Shown: one piece after another, positions 1-10,434 of the stretch | Layout of the letters: the number at the start of each line of letters is the position of its first letter | Position numbering within the stretch: position 1 is the first letter of the stretch | Origin: an uncultured Planctomycetaceae bacterium | GTDB lineage: Bacteria > Planctomycetota > Planctomycetia > Planctomycetales > Planctomycetaceae | Length of the DNA: 64,000 bases | Reading direction: 5' to 3' | Assembly (NCBI GenBank): GCA_963976765.1 | Contig: CAXBME010000007.1 | Location: 62,001-126,000 of the forward strand | The notes under the pieces: model-generated | Database searches by the model: none | Seen by the model: only the letters and a program-made list of their open reading frames with translations | What the model was told of the DNA's origin: nothing | Translations under genes and position numbers: made by a program

Positions 1-1050
1 CCGAACGAACTTCGTTACTACCTCGAACGGGCATTTCTGCCGACACCAGCTCGGGAAATTGACTTCTACGCCGAGAGCGATGGCAACGTTCCCGACGAAA
101 GCTGGATGACCGGGTTGTCAGTCGTAGCGACGAGACTCGATCTGGAACAGCTTCGTAAGTCGAGTAAAGCGGTCGAGGATGGCTGGACGCTGATCGTCGT
201 TGGCTCGTCGCTCGATCTCTGTGAGCAGGCCTTCGAGATTGCCGGGACGGCTGCCCCGGATATTTCCGAAGCGAACGTCGAAGGGTACGCGATGCTTTCG
301 GACGTTGATCTGGAACATCCGGTCTTCCAGCCGTTCAACGACGTCCGTCTGTCGGATTTCACGAAGCTGCCGATCTGGAAGCACCGAAACATCGACAGCA
401 ACCTGCCAGAAAACGCCAGGGTGCTGGCGTCGCTGGATGGTCGTCGGCCTGCCATCGTCGAGCTGCCTCGCGGCAACGGTCGAGTCCTGTTGTTCACTTT
501 CGGCTGGCACGACGCAGACAGTCAGTTCGTGTTATGGTCAAAGTTTGTACCGCTGATGAATTCGCTGGTCGACGACTTCGCCGGGACCAGCATTGAACCG
601 CCGCGAGCGATCGTTGGTGATCGTTTTCCCGTTCGCACTGTCGCTGGTTCGGCAACGGGCGAGATGATCGTCACCGCTCCGTCAGGCCTGAAACAGGGTG
701 TTGAACTTTCGTCGTCAGCGTTTTCAGTGTTGACCGAACCGGGGATCTACAGTTTCGCCTGGACAGATCGCGACGGACCAGGAACCGCCAGCATCGCGGC
801 CAACCTGGACCCTCTGGAAAGCCGAACTGATGCGCTCGGGCTGGACGAAATTCGAGCGTTGGGCGTACCACTTCCGGACGTCGTCGAAGCTCGTTTGACG
901 TCCGATGAAAAAAGACAATTACTGGCTCGCGAACTGGAGTCTCGACAGAGGTTCTGGCAGTGGGTCATCCTGATAGGGATCGTTCTGCTGCTGATTGAAA
1001 CGTGGCTGGCCGGACATCTCGCCAGCGGTGCGTCCCAAAATGAACCTTAA
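1..1050 (+). CDS. C-terminal part of a BatA/vWA-operon-type membrane protein (5' truncated by window edge)
   Basis: Frame is open from base 1 (PNELRYYLERAFLP...) to TAA at 1050. It has GxGRV(LL)F and FVPL motifs, ANLDPLES, and a terminal TM helix WQWVILIGIVLLLIETWL, typical of BatA/vWA operon proteins. Confidence 0.6.
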   Translation, partial: PNELRYYLERAFLPTPAREIDFYAESDGNVPDESWMTGLSVVATRLDLEQLRKSSKAVEDGWTLIVVGSSLDLCEQAFEIAGTAAPDISEANVEGYAMLSDVDLEHPVFQPFNDVRLSDFTKLPIWKHRNIDSNLPENARVLASLDGRRPAIVELPRGNGRVLLFTFGWHDADSQFVLWSKFVPLMNSLVDDFAGTSIEPPRAIVGDRFPVRTVAGSATGEMIVTAPSGLKQGVELSSSAFSVLTEPGIYSFAWTDRDGPGTASIAANLDPLESRTDALGLDEIRALGVPLPDVVEARLTSDEKRQLLARELESRQRFWQWVILIGIVLLLIETWLAGHLASGASQNEP

Positions 1051-1133
1051 CTTTGCGGAAGGGTGTGTCTTGACCCTTCGCTTGAGCTCGTCAACTGATT
1101 CCAGTTTTCAAAACGATTTTCGAGGCAGTCCGC

Positions 1134-4100
1134 ATGGACCAGCACATTTCGCGACAACTTAACCACGTCGTACGTCGTCTGATTCGCCTTCGACGCTGGC
1201 GGGCACTTAGTTGGATCTGGTCGGTGACTGCGCTGGCGAGCGCGATTCTCGTCATGATTCTGCCGGTGGGCGGTGCGACTGTCACTGTTTCGAACGTGCT
1301 GCTCGGAGCCGCCGTTCTGGGGTCACTCTGGATCTTGAGGCCCCGACGAGTTTCAGAAGGTGAGCGACTCGCGACAGCCCGACTGATTGAGCAACGCTGG
1401 CCGACGCTTAACCAGGGGCTACTGACGGTCATCGAGCAAACGCCGAGTTCTGCGATCGGTGGCTTCTCGTGGTTGCAGCAGGAACTGGCGACCGAAGTCC
1501 GATCTCACTCGTACGTTCACAAATGGAACGAGGGGGTTCCATCACGAAAGATTCTGATTCGAGTGCTGACCGCGATGTGTGCGATCATTTTGACATTCGC
1601 TCTGTCCAGTCAGGTCAGGACGGATCCTGAAACGTTGCTGGCGAGTGTCGACGGCGTGGCGTCTGGCGATCAACCGGTGACTTCGGATCTGGCCGATTTC
1701 AACGTGACGATCGAACCAGGTACGACCGAAATCGAACGTGGCACCGCTCTGCTGATCACAGCGACTTTCAAAGGGCGATTGCCGTCAACGGTGACGATGT
1801 TTCTGGTGGATGATCAGGTTGTGTCGAAGTCGGAGTTCACTGAAGGCACGAACGAAGACGACGAGAAGAGCGGCGGTCGACCGATGCGTCAGAGTCTGAA
1901 GGATCCGTTGTTCGGCACGCGGTTGCCCGTCGTTGATTCTTCCTTCGACTATCGGATTCAGTTCGACGATCAAACCAGCGATACATTTCGAATCAGCGTT
2001 TACGATCTCCCGCAAGTCGTACAGGTGGATGCTCGAATCGAGTTTCCGTCCTACTCGGAAATGCCAGATGAATTGATCGAGGATACCTGGCGAGTGTCGG
2101 CGGTCGAAGGTTCGTTCGTTGTATTGACGTGTCGGCTGAATAAAGCAGTTACTGATGGTTTTCTGATCGATGGGGAAGGGACTGAATTCAAACTGGTTGC
2201 AGCCTCGGCAACATCGAAACAGCAGACAGTTCCTCCGGACGGGAATGCCGGCCAATCTTCCAGTCAACGTTCGGGAGTGCTTTACCAGACTCGAATTCCC
2301 GTCGACAAAGATCGGCGACTCACGTTCAAACTGACTGACGAAGAGGGGCGAGGAAATCGCGAGGGCGACGAGTTCATTCTGACGGCGATTCCGAACCATC
2401 CACCTGAAATTAAACTCACGTTTCCCGGTCGAGACCTGCGGGTTTCACCGATCGAAGAGTTGCAGCTTGAGGCGACCATCTGGGACGACTTTGGAATCAG
2501 CGAGCACGGGGTTGTTCTGGCTCTGGCTGATCGAGAACCAAAGACCGTTGCTCTTGGTGAAAAAGCGGAAGGCCGCAAGAAGCACGAGCTGGCTCATCTG
2601 CTGGCGCTGGAGCTTGAGAAGGCCGAACCCGATCAGCTCGTTTCTTACTACTTCTTCGCAGACGACATCGGAGTTTCAGGTGAAAAACGTCGCACAATGT
2701 CGGACATGTTTTTTGCCGAAGTGCGCCACTTCGAGGAAATCTTTCGCGAAGGTCAACCACCTCCGAGTGGTGCTCCGCCAGCGGAAAGCGAAGAAGCAAA
2801 GAAAGCCGAAGAGCTGGGCGAATTGCAGAAGCAGATTATCGCCGCCACCTGGAAAGTCATCCGCCGCGAAACTCGCAGTGAAGTTTCGGACGCGTTTGCT
2901 GACGACGTGACTCTGCTCGTCGAGTCTCAGCAGGAAGCCATTGCTCAGATGGAAGAGCTGATCGCGGAGCTGGAGGATGCTCAGTCGAAGAAGTATGCCG
3001 CCGAGGTCGTGACTTCAATGAAGGAAGCGGTTGTGCGGCTGATGAAAACTCACGAGGAAATGCAGTCGGAGTTGTTGACTCCGGCACTGTCTTCAGAGCG
3101 GTCGGCTTATCAGGGTTTGCTGAAGCTGCGGGCTCGCGAGCACCAGATCGTTCAGCAGCAAAGCAGTCAGAGTAAGAGCAAGGGTTCAAAAAGTGCATCG
3201 CAGCAGCAGATGGATCAGCTCGAACTGGACAATAAGAAGAACCGGTACGAGGCCGAACAGAAGGCCAGTCAGCAGGAACAGGAGCAGCAGAACCGTGAGG
3301 AGTTGCAGGTTCTCAACCGGCTGCGCGAGCTGGCTCGGCGACAGGGTGATCTGAATCAGAAGTTGAAAGAACTGGAGCACGAACTTAAGGCAGCGAAGAC
3401 GGAACAGGAGCAGCAGGAAATCGAGCGGCAACTGAAGCGGCTGCGCGAGGAGCAGCAGGAATTGCTCCGCGACGTCGACGAGCTGAAAGATCGACTGGAG
3501 AAGCCTGAGAATCAACAGGAGATGGCCGACACCCGCGAGAAGCTGGAAGACACTCGATCGAAAGTTCGGGAAGCGTCGGAAGCACTCGAAGAAGGGAAGT
3601 TGTCTCAGGCGTTGAATGAGGGAACACGGGCCGAGCGTGAACTGGAGAAACTCCGGGATGAAGTCAGGCAGAGAGCTGCCGGGCAATTCGGAGAAGCGAT
3701 GCGTGATCTCCGCCAGGAAGCTCGTGAAATCGGCGAACGGCAGGATCAGATCGCCGAAGCTCTGAATGAGAATGCTCCGAAGAAGGATGATCGGCCGTCG
3801 TTGCGTTCTGAAAAACAGCCGACGGGAGAGAAGTTGCAGGCCGAACTGGACGCGCAGAAAGAACAGCTCGATCGGGTGATGGAGAAAATGCGGAGCGTTG
3901 TGGAAAAAGCCGAGACAGCGGAACCGTTGCTCGCGCGAGAGCTTTACGAAACGGTGAGAAAGACTCGGGCAGACCGAGCGAGCGAGGCGCTGGACGAAAC
4001 TCGGGAACTGAACCGACGAGGTCTGACGAAGGACGCGGCGGTTGCCGAACGTCGAGCTCACGAAGGTCTCGAGCGAATGCAGAAGGGAATCGAGCGTGCT

Positions 4101-5285
4101 GCGGAAGCGGTCCTGGGCAACGAGCTCGACACCTTGAAACGTGCGAGCCGCGAGCTTGCAGATGCCGGCAATGCGGTGCAGCGTGAACTGGCTCAGGCGG
4201 ACCCGGCGGAGTTGCAGAAAATGCGAGGCGGTCGCGGCCCGAAAAATTCAGATGACGAGAGCGGCCAGGAAGGAACCGACTCACAGGAGGGAGAGAGGCC
4301 GGTCGCGAAGTCCGGAACTGAGAACGGCGAGCCTCAACCGGGCAAACAGAACTCGCGAGAAAAGGACGCAGGTAAGGGTGATCCGCAGAACGGAAACGAG
4401 AAGGCGTCCGGCTCACCAAATGCAGACCAGAAGAAATCGGACACGGAAGGTCAGAAAGGCAAGGGCGATCAACCAGGCGACGGGCAGCAGCCCGGTGATC
4501 CGAATTCGAAACAACCCAGCGGTGCTCAGAAGCCAGGCGAGACTCCATCCAAAGATGGTCAGCCTGCCCAGAGCGGTAATCCCGGACAACAGCCAGGACA
4601 GGGTGAGCCATCTCAGGATGGAAAGCCGATGCCGGGCGATTCGTCTCAGCCGTCAGATGGTCAGCAATCTGGTCAGTCACCAGGCCAGCAGAAGGGGCAG
4701 AGTCAGACTCCGAACAGTTCGGGTGAGTCGCCATCAGGAAAGCCGCAGCCGGGTGAAGGTAAACCGGGTCAGTCTCCGGGTGGAACCGGCGAGGGCGAGG
4801 GTTCGCCTTCTGATTCGTCACCCAGCCCGCCAGTTGCACCTCGGCAAAAACCAGGTCTGCGTCCGTCGGCAACTCAGCAACGACAGCCATCGAGTCCGCA
4901 GCAGTCTGCGACGGCTCAACAGGGCAGAGGCGCAACCGGGCCGGGCAATCCGATTACCGGTGAGGGCTTCGTTCAGTGGTCCGATCAGATTCGAAATATC
5001 GAAGAACTGATCGACGATCCGAAGATGCGAGCGGAAGTAGCGAGAATTCGAGAGGCCGCTCGCAGCATGAGAGCCGAATTCAAGCGGCATTCAAAAGAGC
5101 CTCAGTGGGGCCTGGTCCGAATGCAGATACTGGAACCGCTCTCTGAAATTCAGGAGAAGCTGAAGGAAGAAATCGCTCGTCGAGAGTCACCGGATTCGCT
5201 GGTGCCGATCGATCGTGATCCAGTCCCGGATAAGTATGCAGAGTTGGTTCGTCGGTATTACGAACGCATCGGGTCGGGCAAGTAG
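1134..5285 (+). CDS. Large membrane-anchored coiled-coil protein (DUF4175-like) with a Q/G/P/S-rich low-complexity segment
   Basis: 1383 aa ORF: 3 N-terminal TM segments, Ig-like beta region, long E/Q/R/L coiled coil, low-complexity region at about 4220-4960, C-terminus DRDPVPDKYAELVRRYYERIG. Confidence 0.7.
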   Translation: MDQHISRQLNHVVRRLIRLRRWRALSWIWSVTALASAILVMILPVGGATVTVSNVLLGAAVLGSLWILRPRRVSEGERLATARLIEQRWPTLNQGLLTVIEQTPSSAIGGFSWLQQELATEVRSHSYVHKWNEGVPSRKILIRVLTAMCAIILTFALSSQVRTDPETLLASVDGVASGDQPVTSDLADFNVTIEPGTTEIERGTALLITATFKGRLPSTVTMFLVDDQVVSKSEFTEGTNEDDEKSGGRPMRQSLKDPLFGTRLPVVDSSFDYRIQFDDQTSDTFRISVYDLPQVVQVDARIEFPSYSEMPDELIEDTWRVSAVEGSFVVLTCRLNKAVTDGFLIDGEGTEFKLVAASATSKQQTVPPDGNAGQSSSQRSGVLYQTRIPVDKDRRLTFKLTDEEGRGNREGDEFILTAIPNHPPEIKLTFPGRDLRVSPIEELQLEATIWDDFGISEHGVVLALADREPKTVALGEKAEGRKKHELAHLLALELEKAEPDQLVSYYFFADDIGVSGEKRRTMSDMFFAEVRHFEEIFREGQPPPSGAPPAESEEAKKAEELGELQKQIIAATWKVIRRETRSEVSDAFADDVTLLVESQQEAIAQMEELIAELEDAQSKKYAAEVVTSMKEAVVRLMKTHEEMQSELLTPALSSERSAYQGLLKLRAREHQIVQQQSSQSKSKGSKSASQQQMDQLELDNKKNRYEAEQKASQQEQEQQNREELQVLNRLRELARRQGDLNQKLKELEHELKAAKTEQEQQEIERQLKRLREEQQELLRDVDELKDRLEKPENQQEMADTREKLEDTRSKVREASEALEEGKLSQALNEGTRAERELEKLRDEVRQRAAGQFGEAMRDLRQEAREIGERQDQIAEALNENAPKKDDRPSLRSEKQPTGEKLQAELDAQKEQLDRVMEKMRSVVEKAETAEPLLARELYETVRKTRADRASEALDETRELNRRGLTKDAAVAERRAHEGLERMQKGIERAAEAVLGNELDTLKRASRELADAGNAVQRELAQADPAELQKMRGGRGPKNSDDESGQEGTDSQEGERPVAKSGTENGEPQPGKQNSREKDAGKGDPQNGNEKASGSPNADQKKSDTEGQKGKGDQPGDGQQPGDPNSKQPSGAQKPGETPSKDGQPAQSGNPGQQPGQGEPSQDGKPMPGDSSQPSDGQQSGQSPGQQKGQSQTPNSSGESPSGKPQPGEGKPGQSPGGTGEGEGSPSDSSPSPPVAPRQKPGLRPSATQQRQPSSPQQSATAQQGRGATGPGNPITGEGFVQWSDQIRNIEELIDDPKMRAEVARIREAARSMRAEFKRHSKEPQWGLVRMQILEPLSEIQEKLKEEIARRESPDSLVPIDRDPVPDKYAELVRRYYERIGSGK

Positions 5286-5359
5286 TCATCAAGAATCAAC
5301 TCGTTCCCACGCGGAGTGTAGGGGCGAGAGATGCTGAAACTGTTGTTGAGAACCGATCA

Positions 5360-7819
5360 ATGATCTCAATCGGAAGTCCAGTCTGGCTGATCCCTGCGGC
5401 AATCGTTGCCGTTGTCGGCGTGCTGCTGACCTGGAATGCTGTCGGGAAAGGACACGCTCCGGAACGTGCTCGCCGGCTGGCCGGCGCGCTTAAAGTGTTC
5501 GCGCTGCTCTTGCTGGCAATCTGCCTGATTGAACCGGTTTGGAGCGGCGTTCATCCGCGACCGCATTCGAATCTATTCCTCGTCTTAACGGATACGAGCC
5601 AGAGTTTGACTCGGTTGTCCAGTGAGAATGCCAATGACGCAACGCTTGAAACTCAGTTCAAAGCGACTTTGCAGCCGACTCCCGATTCGTGGCTGGATCG
5701 ATTGGGTCAGGACTTCGAGGTTCATCAATTTGCCTTTGATCGTCGAGTTAGAACTGTTCGCGAGGTCGACGAACTCAGATGGGGAGGTGAAGCATCGGCG
5801 TTACAGGCGGCTCTGCGTTCTCTGGGAAGCCGTTTTGAAAAACGTCACGTTGGTGGCATCGTTCTGCTGAGTGACGGCAACGCAACGGACCTGACCGAGG
5901 ACGATCTGAAAGAACGCCTCAGTAGCGACGTTCCGTTGCCGCCGATCTATCCGGTTTTGTTTGATCAGGACTCGTCGTTGCCGGACGTTGCCATAACTTC
6001 GGTCTCGATCAGTGAAACACCGTTCGAAGACGCGCCGGTTTCCTTGCAGTGCGACGTTGAAATTCACGATCTGAGCATGGAGCGAGTTTCGTCTTCCGAC
6101 CTGCTTGTCGAGTGTCGGCTGATTGACTCGGATGGTGAGACAGTCAAAACCGAACGGCAGGCGATTGGCAGTCCCGAAACCACGTTGCCGTTCCGTTTTC
6201 AGTTTCGCCCGATTAAGACGGGTGTCGCGTTTTATCGTCTACAAGTGACGACGCTGGAGCTGGGGGGAGAATCCGACACGCCGCTTGAGGAGAGCACACT
6301 CGCCAACAATTCCAGAATCGTGCAGGTCAACCGCGGCTCGGAGAAGCATCGCATCCTTTATGTCTGCGGACGTCCGAACTGGGAGTTCAAATTCCTCAGG
6401 CGTTCTGTCGAGGAAGATGACCAGATCGATCTGGTCGGGATGATTCGCGTCGCGAAGCGTGAAGCGAAGTTTGACTTTCGCGGCAGAGACGGTCAGTCAA
6501 GCAACTCGCTTTTTCGCGGTTTCAAAGGCGAAACCGACGAAGAAACGGAAAAGTATGATGAGCCTGTAATCGTCAGGCTGAACACCAAAGATGCTGACGA
6601 ACTGCGAGCTGGCTTTCCAAAAGATCCGAAGGAACTGTTCGGATTCGATGCGTTGATTCTCGACGACATCGAAGCGGAATTTTTCAATCGCGACCAGTTA
6701 ACGTTGATCGAGAAGTTTGTCAGCGAACGAGGTGGCGGGTTGCTGATGCTCGGTGGGGCCGAGAGTTTTCACACAGGTGGCTACGAACGAACGCCGGTTG
6801 CCGATGCGTTGCCGGTTTACCTGGACCGAACTCAGTTCCCTGCAGTGGACGCAAGGCTTTCGCTTGACCTGACTCGCGAAGGCTGGCTGCAACCATGGGT
6901 GCGGCTTCGCCCGACAGAAACGGACGAGCATGATCGGCTGAAAACGATGCCCCCGTTTAGAACACTGAATCCCACTCAGGGAATCAAGCCGGGAGCGTCT
7001 GTCATGTCGACGGTTTCGGACGCGAGCGGTGAACACTGGCCGGCTTTAGTGACGCAGTCATACGGGCGTGGCCGGTCGGGAGCGATGCTGGTTGGTGACC
7101 TGTGGCGCTGGCAGATCACCAGAAACGAAAATCAGCCGGAAGACCTGCCGAAAGCGTGGCGGCAAACTCTGCGTTGGCTGATCGCCGATGTTCAGCAGCG
7201 AGTTGGTGTTGAGATGGCTGCGGCAGAAGACGTTGCGCCCGAAGCCGTGCGTGTCCATGTGCGAGTGGTCGATGAAGAGTTTTTGCCGCTCGACAATGCG
7301 CAGGTGCAGATTCGGGTCAATGGCCCGGTAACGCTTTTGATAGACGGAGAGAAAAAGGACGAGGCTGCACCGGTTACTTCCGCAGATGGTTCGTTAAATG
7401 CCGTCGTTTCCGACGAAGTCGTCCTGAACGCCGAAGCGTCGCTCGACGAACCAGGTGTTTACACCGCCGTCTTCGTACCGAAGGAAGCGGGAGCCTGGAC
7501 GGTCGAAGCAGAAGCAACGACCGGCGATGGAAAGAAACTTAATGCTGACATCGCCGGTTGGATCTACGAACCCGCCGTTCAGGAGTTTCAAAGGCCAGGC
7601 GTTAATCGTGAACTGCTGAGCAAACTTGCCGAGCATTCCGGTGGGGAAATTGTTCAGGCCGACAAACTCGACGACTTTGTGTCTCAACTTCAGAGTAAAC
7701 CGATGCCGGTTGTCGAGGCGTGGTCGATGCCATTATGGGATCAGCCCCTGGTATTCCTGATTGTGTTGTCGTGCCTGGTGGGTGAATGGGGACTTCGACG
7801 CTCAAAAGGGTTGCCTTGA
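5360..7819 (+). CDS. vWA-domain / class I glutamine-amidotransferase-like membrane protein
   Basis: N-terminal TMs, MIDAS-like DTSQS and LSDGNAT, GATase-like GGGLLMLGG and YGRGRS, C-terminal TM ending EWGLRRSKGLP. Confidence 0.7.
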   Translation: MISIGSPVWLIPAAIVAVVGVLLTWNAVGKGHAPERARRLAGALKVFALLLLAICLIEPVWSGVHPRPHSNLFLVLTDTSQSLTRLSSENANDATLETQFKATLQPTPDSWLDRLGQDFEVHQFAFDRRVRTVREVDELRWGGEASALQAALRSLGSRFEKRHVGGIVLLSDGNATDLTEDDLKERLSSDVPLPPIYPVLFDQDSSLPDVAITSVSISETPFEDAPVSLQCDVEIHDLSMERVSSSDLLVECRLIDSDGETVKTERQAIGSPETTLPFRFQFRPIKTGVAFYRLQVTTLELGGESDTPLEESTLANNSRIVQVNRGSEKHRILYVCGRPNWEFKFLRRSVEEDDQIDLVGMIRVAKREAKFDFRGRDGQSSNSLFRGFKGETDEETEKYDEPVIVRLNTKDADELRAGFPKDPKELFGFDALILDDIEAEFFNRDQLTLIEKFVSERGGGLLMLGGAESFHTGGYERTPVADALPVYLDRTQFPAVDARLSLDLTREGWLQPWVRLRPTETDEHDRLKTMPPFRTLNPTQGIKPGASVMSTVSDASGEHWPALVTQSYGRGRSGAMLVGDLWRWQITRNENQPEDLPKAWRQTLRWLIADVQQRVGVEMAAAEDVAPEAVRVHVRVVDEEFLPLDNAQVQIRVNGPVTLLIDGEKKDEAAPVTSADGSLNAVVSDEVVLNAEASLDEPGVYTAVFVPKEAGAWTVEAEATTGDGKKLNADIAGWIYEPAVQEFQRPGVNRELLSKLAEHSGGEIVQADKLDDFVSQLQSKPMPVVEAWSMPLWDQPLVFLIVLSCLVGEWGLRRSKGLP

Positions 7820-7907
7820 TCTCGTTTCGTTGTGGAATTCGAATGCTCGAATGGGCACCAGCAAGACGCCATTTCTTCAAAGGACTTGCAGCTTGAATAC
7901 AGGTTTC

Positions 7908-8987
7908 ATGACACGGCAACCGTACCTCGTCCCGGTTTTTCTTTGCGGCCTGTTTGTGTTGGTCGAGCCTTTTTGTCCCGCGGGGGATGGTGGCTCAGTC
8001 GAGACGGTTCTCGCCGACGCACCGCCAGAGGACAGGCTCGTCGTCATCATTCGGGGGGCTTCGGGCACTTCCGAGTACGGGCAATTGTTTGATTTGTGGA
8101 GCGATCGCTGGGAAGCTGCTGCCACAACGGGTGGTGCCAGAGTTGCGAGAATTGGACCCAAAACCGACGCTGATGGATCAACGGCTGACCCGTCGAATCA
8201 GTCGAGTGATGTCGATCGTAGTTCAGTCGAACAGGCACTCCGCGACGCGGCAGCCCAGGCAACGTCCCGGAAGCTGACAGAGCTATGGGTCGTGTTGGTC
8301 GGGCATGGAACGTTCGATGGGCGGTCGGCTCGCTTTAACCTGCGAGACGATGACATCAGTGCCGAGGAGCTCAAGAAGTGGCTTGAACCTGTTTCGTGTC
8401 CGACCGTGATTGCCAATTGCTCTTCTGCCAGCGGTCCGTTTCTGAAGGCCCTTGCTGGTGAAAATCGAGTTGTCATGACGGCGACGAAGTCAGGGGCTGA
8501 GGTCAACTTTGCAAGATTCGGAGAATTCCTTTCGGAAGCGGTGGGCGATTCGAAGTTTGACCTGGACAAGGACGGGCAGACATCGGCGTTTGAGGCATTT
8601 CTGTCTGCAAGTCGTCGAACGCTGGCGTTCTACGAAGCTGAAGGACGGCTGGCGACAGAGCATTCGCTGCTGGATGACAACGGCGACGGACTCGGTGTTC
8701 GAGCTGACTTTTTCCGAGGCGTGCGGCTGGTCAGGAAGGTGCAGGGGGAGGCGAGTATCGATGGCCGATTGGCTCATCGGTTGCACCTGGTGCGAAGCGA
8801 TTCAGAGCAGCATCTTTTGCCAGAGACTCGAAAGTTGCGTGACCAGCTTGAACAGGCAGTTATTCAGCTGCGAGATCGCAAGCAATCTTTTGATGATGAA
8901 GATGCTTACTATGCTCAGCTGGAAGAGTTACTCGTACAGCTTGCCAGGGTGTACGAGCTGCCGGGAACTCCGCCAGCTCGTCGCTGA
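7908..8987 (+). CDS. Exported hypothetical protein with caspase/C13-like (CHF) fold motifs
   Basis: ATG 7908 gives a hydrophobic leader. Motifs VVLVGHG and VIANCSSASGPF, RVVMTAT, and DLDKDGQTS (EF-hand-like). Confidence 0.55.
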   Translation: MTRQPYLVPVFLCGLFVLVEPFCPAGDGGSVETVLADAPPEDRLVVIIRGASGTSEYGQLFDLWSDRWEAAATTGGARVARIGPKTDADGSTADPSNQSSDVDRSSVEQALRDAAAQATSRKLTELWVVLVGHGTFDGRSARFNLRDDDISAEELKKWLEPVSCPTVIANCSSASGPFLKALAGENRVVMTATKSGAEVNFARFGEFLSEAVGDSKFDLDKDGQTSAFEAFLSASRRTLAFYEAEGRLATEHSLLDDNGDGLGVRADFFRGVRLVRKVQGEASIDGRLAHRLHLVRSDSEQHLLPETRKLRDQLEQAVIQLRDRKQSFDDEDAYYAQLEELLVQLARVYELPGTPPARR

Positions 8988-9114
8988 GTTTACCGGAGGA
9001 ACTCACCGATCCGGAGCACTTTGAGAATTCATTTTCTGTGTTCTGCAGGAAGGCCACAAAGGAAACGAAGCTTATTCCGGGTGCCAGCTTCTGCACAGAA
9101 AACATGAGAATCGT

Positions 9115-10041
9115 CTATTTCAGCAACTGATAAAGCTGAAACAGGACCAGGCAGGCGGCGAATAACGACAGCCAGCCGATGCCGCTGCGAAGCGATCGAC
9201 CTTCAAGACGGTTACTCAGTTCTGATCCGATGCGGGCGCCGATTGTCCCGCCGAACATCAGCGCTAACGTCAGTGCCAGGTCGATATGTTGATGCCAGGC
9301 GTGCGAAATTGTTGCCAGGAACGATGTAATCCAGACGACGATTAAGGATGCCAGAATGGCTTTGCGGGATCGGATGTCGAGCAGATAGACCAGGCCGGGA
9401 ATCAACAACAACGCCCCGCTGATGCCAAGCATTCCTGCCGTAATTCCAGTCAGCAGACCGAACATCGAGAGGATCGGAATCGACAGAGTGCCGACACCGA
9501 GTTCCGAAAATGTGTCAACCGGCGGAATTTTGAGACACGCTAACGCACCACGCGAAACAGGGTTGCCGTCAAGCTGACGACGAACTTCGTACAGGCTGAA
9601 AGAGCCGATCCCGAGCAGCATGACGAGATAAGTTCCCAGGACGAGCAGTTCGCTGGCTTCCACCATTCGCCCGCTGACCTGAACTTCACCGAATTGCCCG
9701 GCTGCGTTCAGGATCAGCGTCCCCAGCAGGACGCCCATGATAATTCCGCCAGTAATGATCAGCGGGAGTCGGAGTTGAAGTCGGGTGACTTTTCGAGCGA
9801 GCAGTGCGGCGGTTGATGGCCCCAGAACCTGGCAGGCCGTTGATCCGACGGCGAATTCAATCGGAATTCCCAGAACGATGTGCAGGATGGGAACGAGCAG
9901 GAAACTGCCGCCAACGCCGAATATTCCAGACAGGCCGCCAACGATGAACCCACAGCCGACTACCAGCAGCAGTTCATGTAGGAGCAACTCCCCAGGCACA
10001 ACAGTCTTTCCTGAAAATGAGCGGACGATCCGAGTCGTCAA
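9115..10041 (-). CDS. Sulfite exporter TauE/SafE family membrane protein
   Basis: GGLSGIFGVGGSFLLVP and GITAGMLGISGALLLIP duplicated motifs, multiple TMs. TTG start is uncertain. Confidence 0.85.
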   Translation of the reverse strand: MTTRIVRSFSGKTVVPGELLLHELLLVVGCGFIVGGLSGIFGVGGSFLLVPILHIVLGIPIEFAVGSTACQVLGPSTAALLARKVTRLQLRLPLIITGGIIMGVLLGTLILNAAGQFGEVQVSGRMVEASELLVLGTYLVMLLGIGSFSLYEVRRQLDGNPVSRGALACLKIPPVDTFSELGVGTLSIPILSMFGLLTGITAGMLGISGALLLIPGLVYLLDIRSRKAILASLIVVWITSFLATISHAWHQHIDLALTLALMFGGTIGARIGSELSNRLEGRSLRSGIGWLSLFAACLVLFQLYQLLK

Positions 10042-10060
10042 ATTCGACGTCGGTTCGGAT

Positions 10061-10231
10061 TCAAATGTAATACTCGATCACGGGTTCGTCGGCAGAATCG
10101 GTATCGGACTCTTCGTCGGAGGGCGTCGCCGTCCTCAGCCGTTGGAACACCCAATTGACGATAATTCCCCAGACAATGGGAACTGTCAGACTGGCAACGA
10201 CGAACAGAATTCGGGAAACGAATGGGGACAT
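10061..10231 (-). CDS. Small single-TM protein, 56 aa (absent from the ORF track)
   Basis: Manual translation: MSPFVSRILFVVASLTVPIVWGIIVNWVFQRLRTATPSDEESDTDSADEPVIEYYI*. Ends 19 bp before tauE on the same strand. Confidence 0.65.
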   Translation of the reverse strand: MSPFVSRILFVVASLTVPIVWGIIVNWVFQRLRTATPSDEESDTDSADEPVIEYYI

Positions 10232-10434
10232 TTTGATGTAATAAGGGACGGTGGTTCAGTCAGAAAACGAAGTCTTTCGAGCTTTCGCCCCACATTAGAG
10301 ACCTGGATGTCGCGACGTCAACGGGGTAACAGTAACCGAGTGCAGCGGCAATGGTGCGACTGGACGGAGGTCAGGAGTCGCGTAAAACTCGCTCAGCAGT
10401 ACGTTGCGAATTTGTGCAGAAAGGGCAGTGAAGA

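Noticed and set aside
3664..4935. 423 aa minus-strand ORF, and other long antisense ORFs such as 13259..14398, 26712..27995, 29378..30364 and 38137..39471
   Set aside because: They lie wholly opposite well-supported genes and have no recognisable motifs; shadow ORFs are expected in GC-rich, codon-biased DNA.
9032..9102. TTTTCTGTG...CACAGAAAA inverted repeat between convergent genes
   Set aside because: Long irregular loop; could be a terminator or repeat remnant, but too weak to call.
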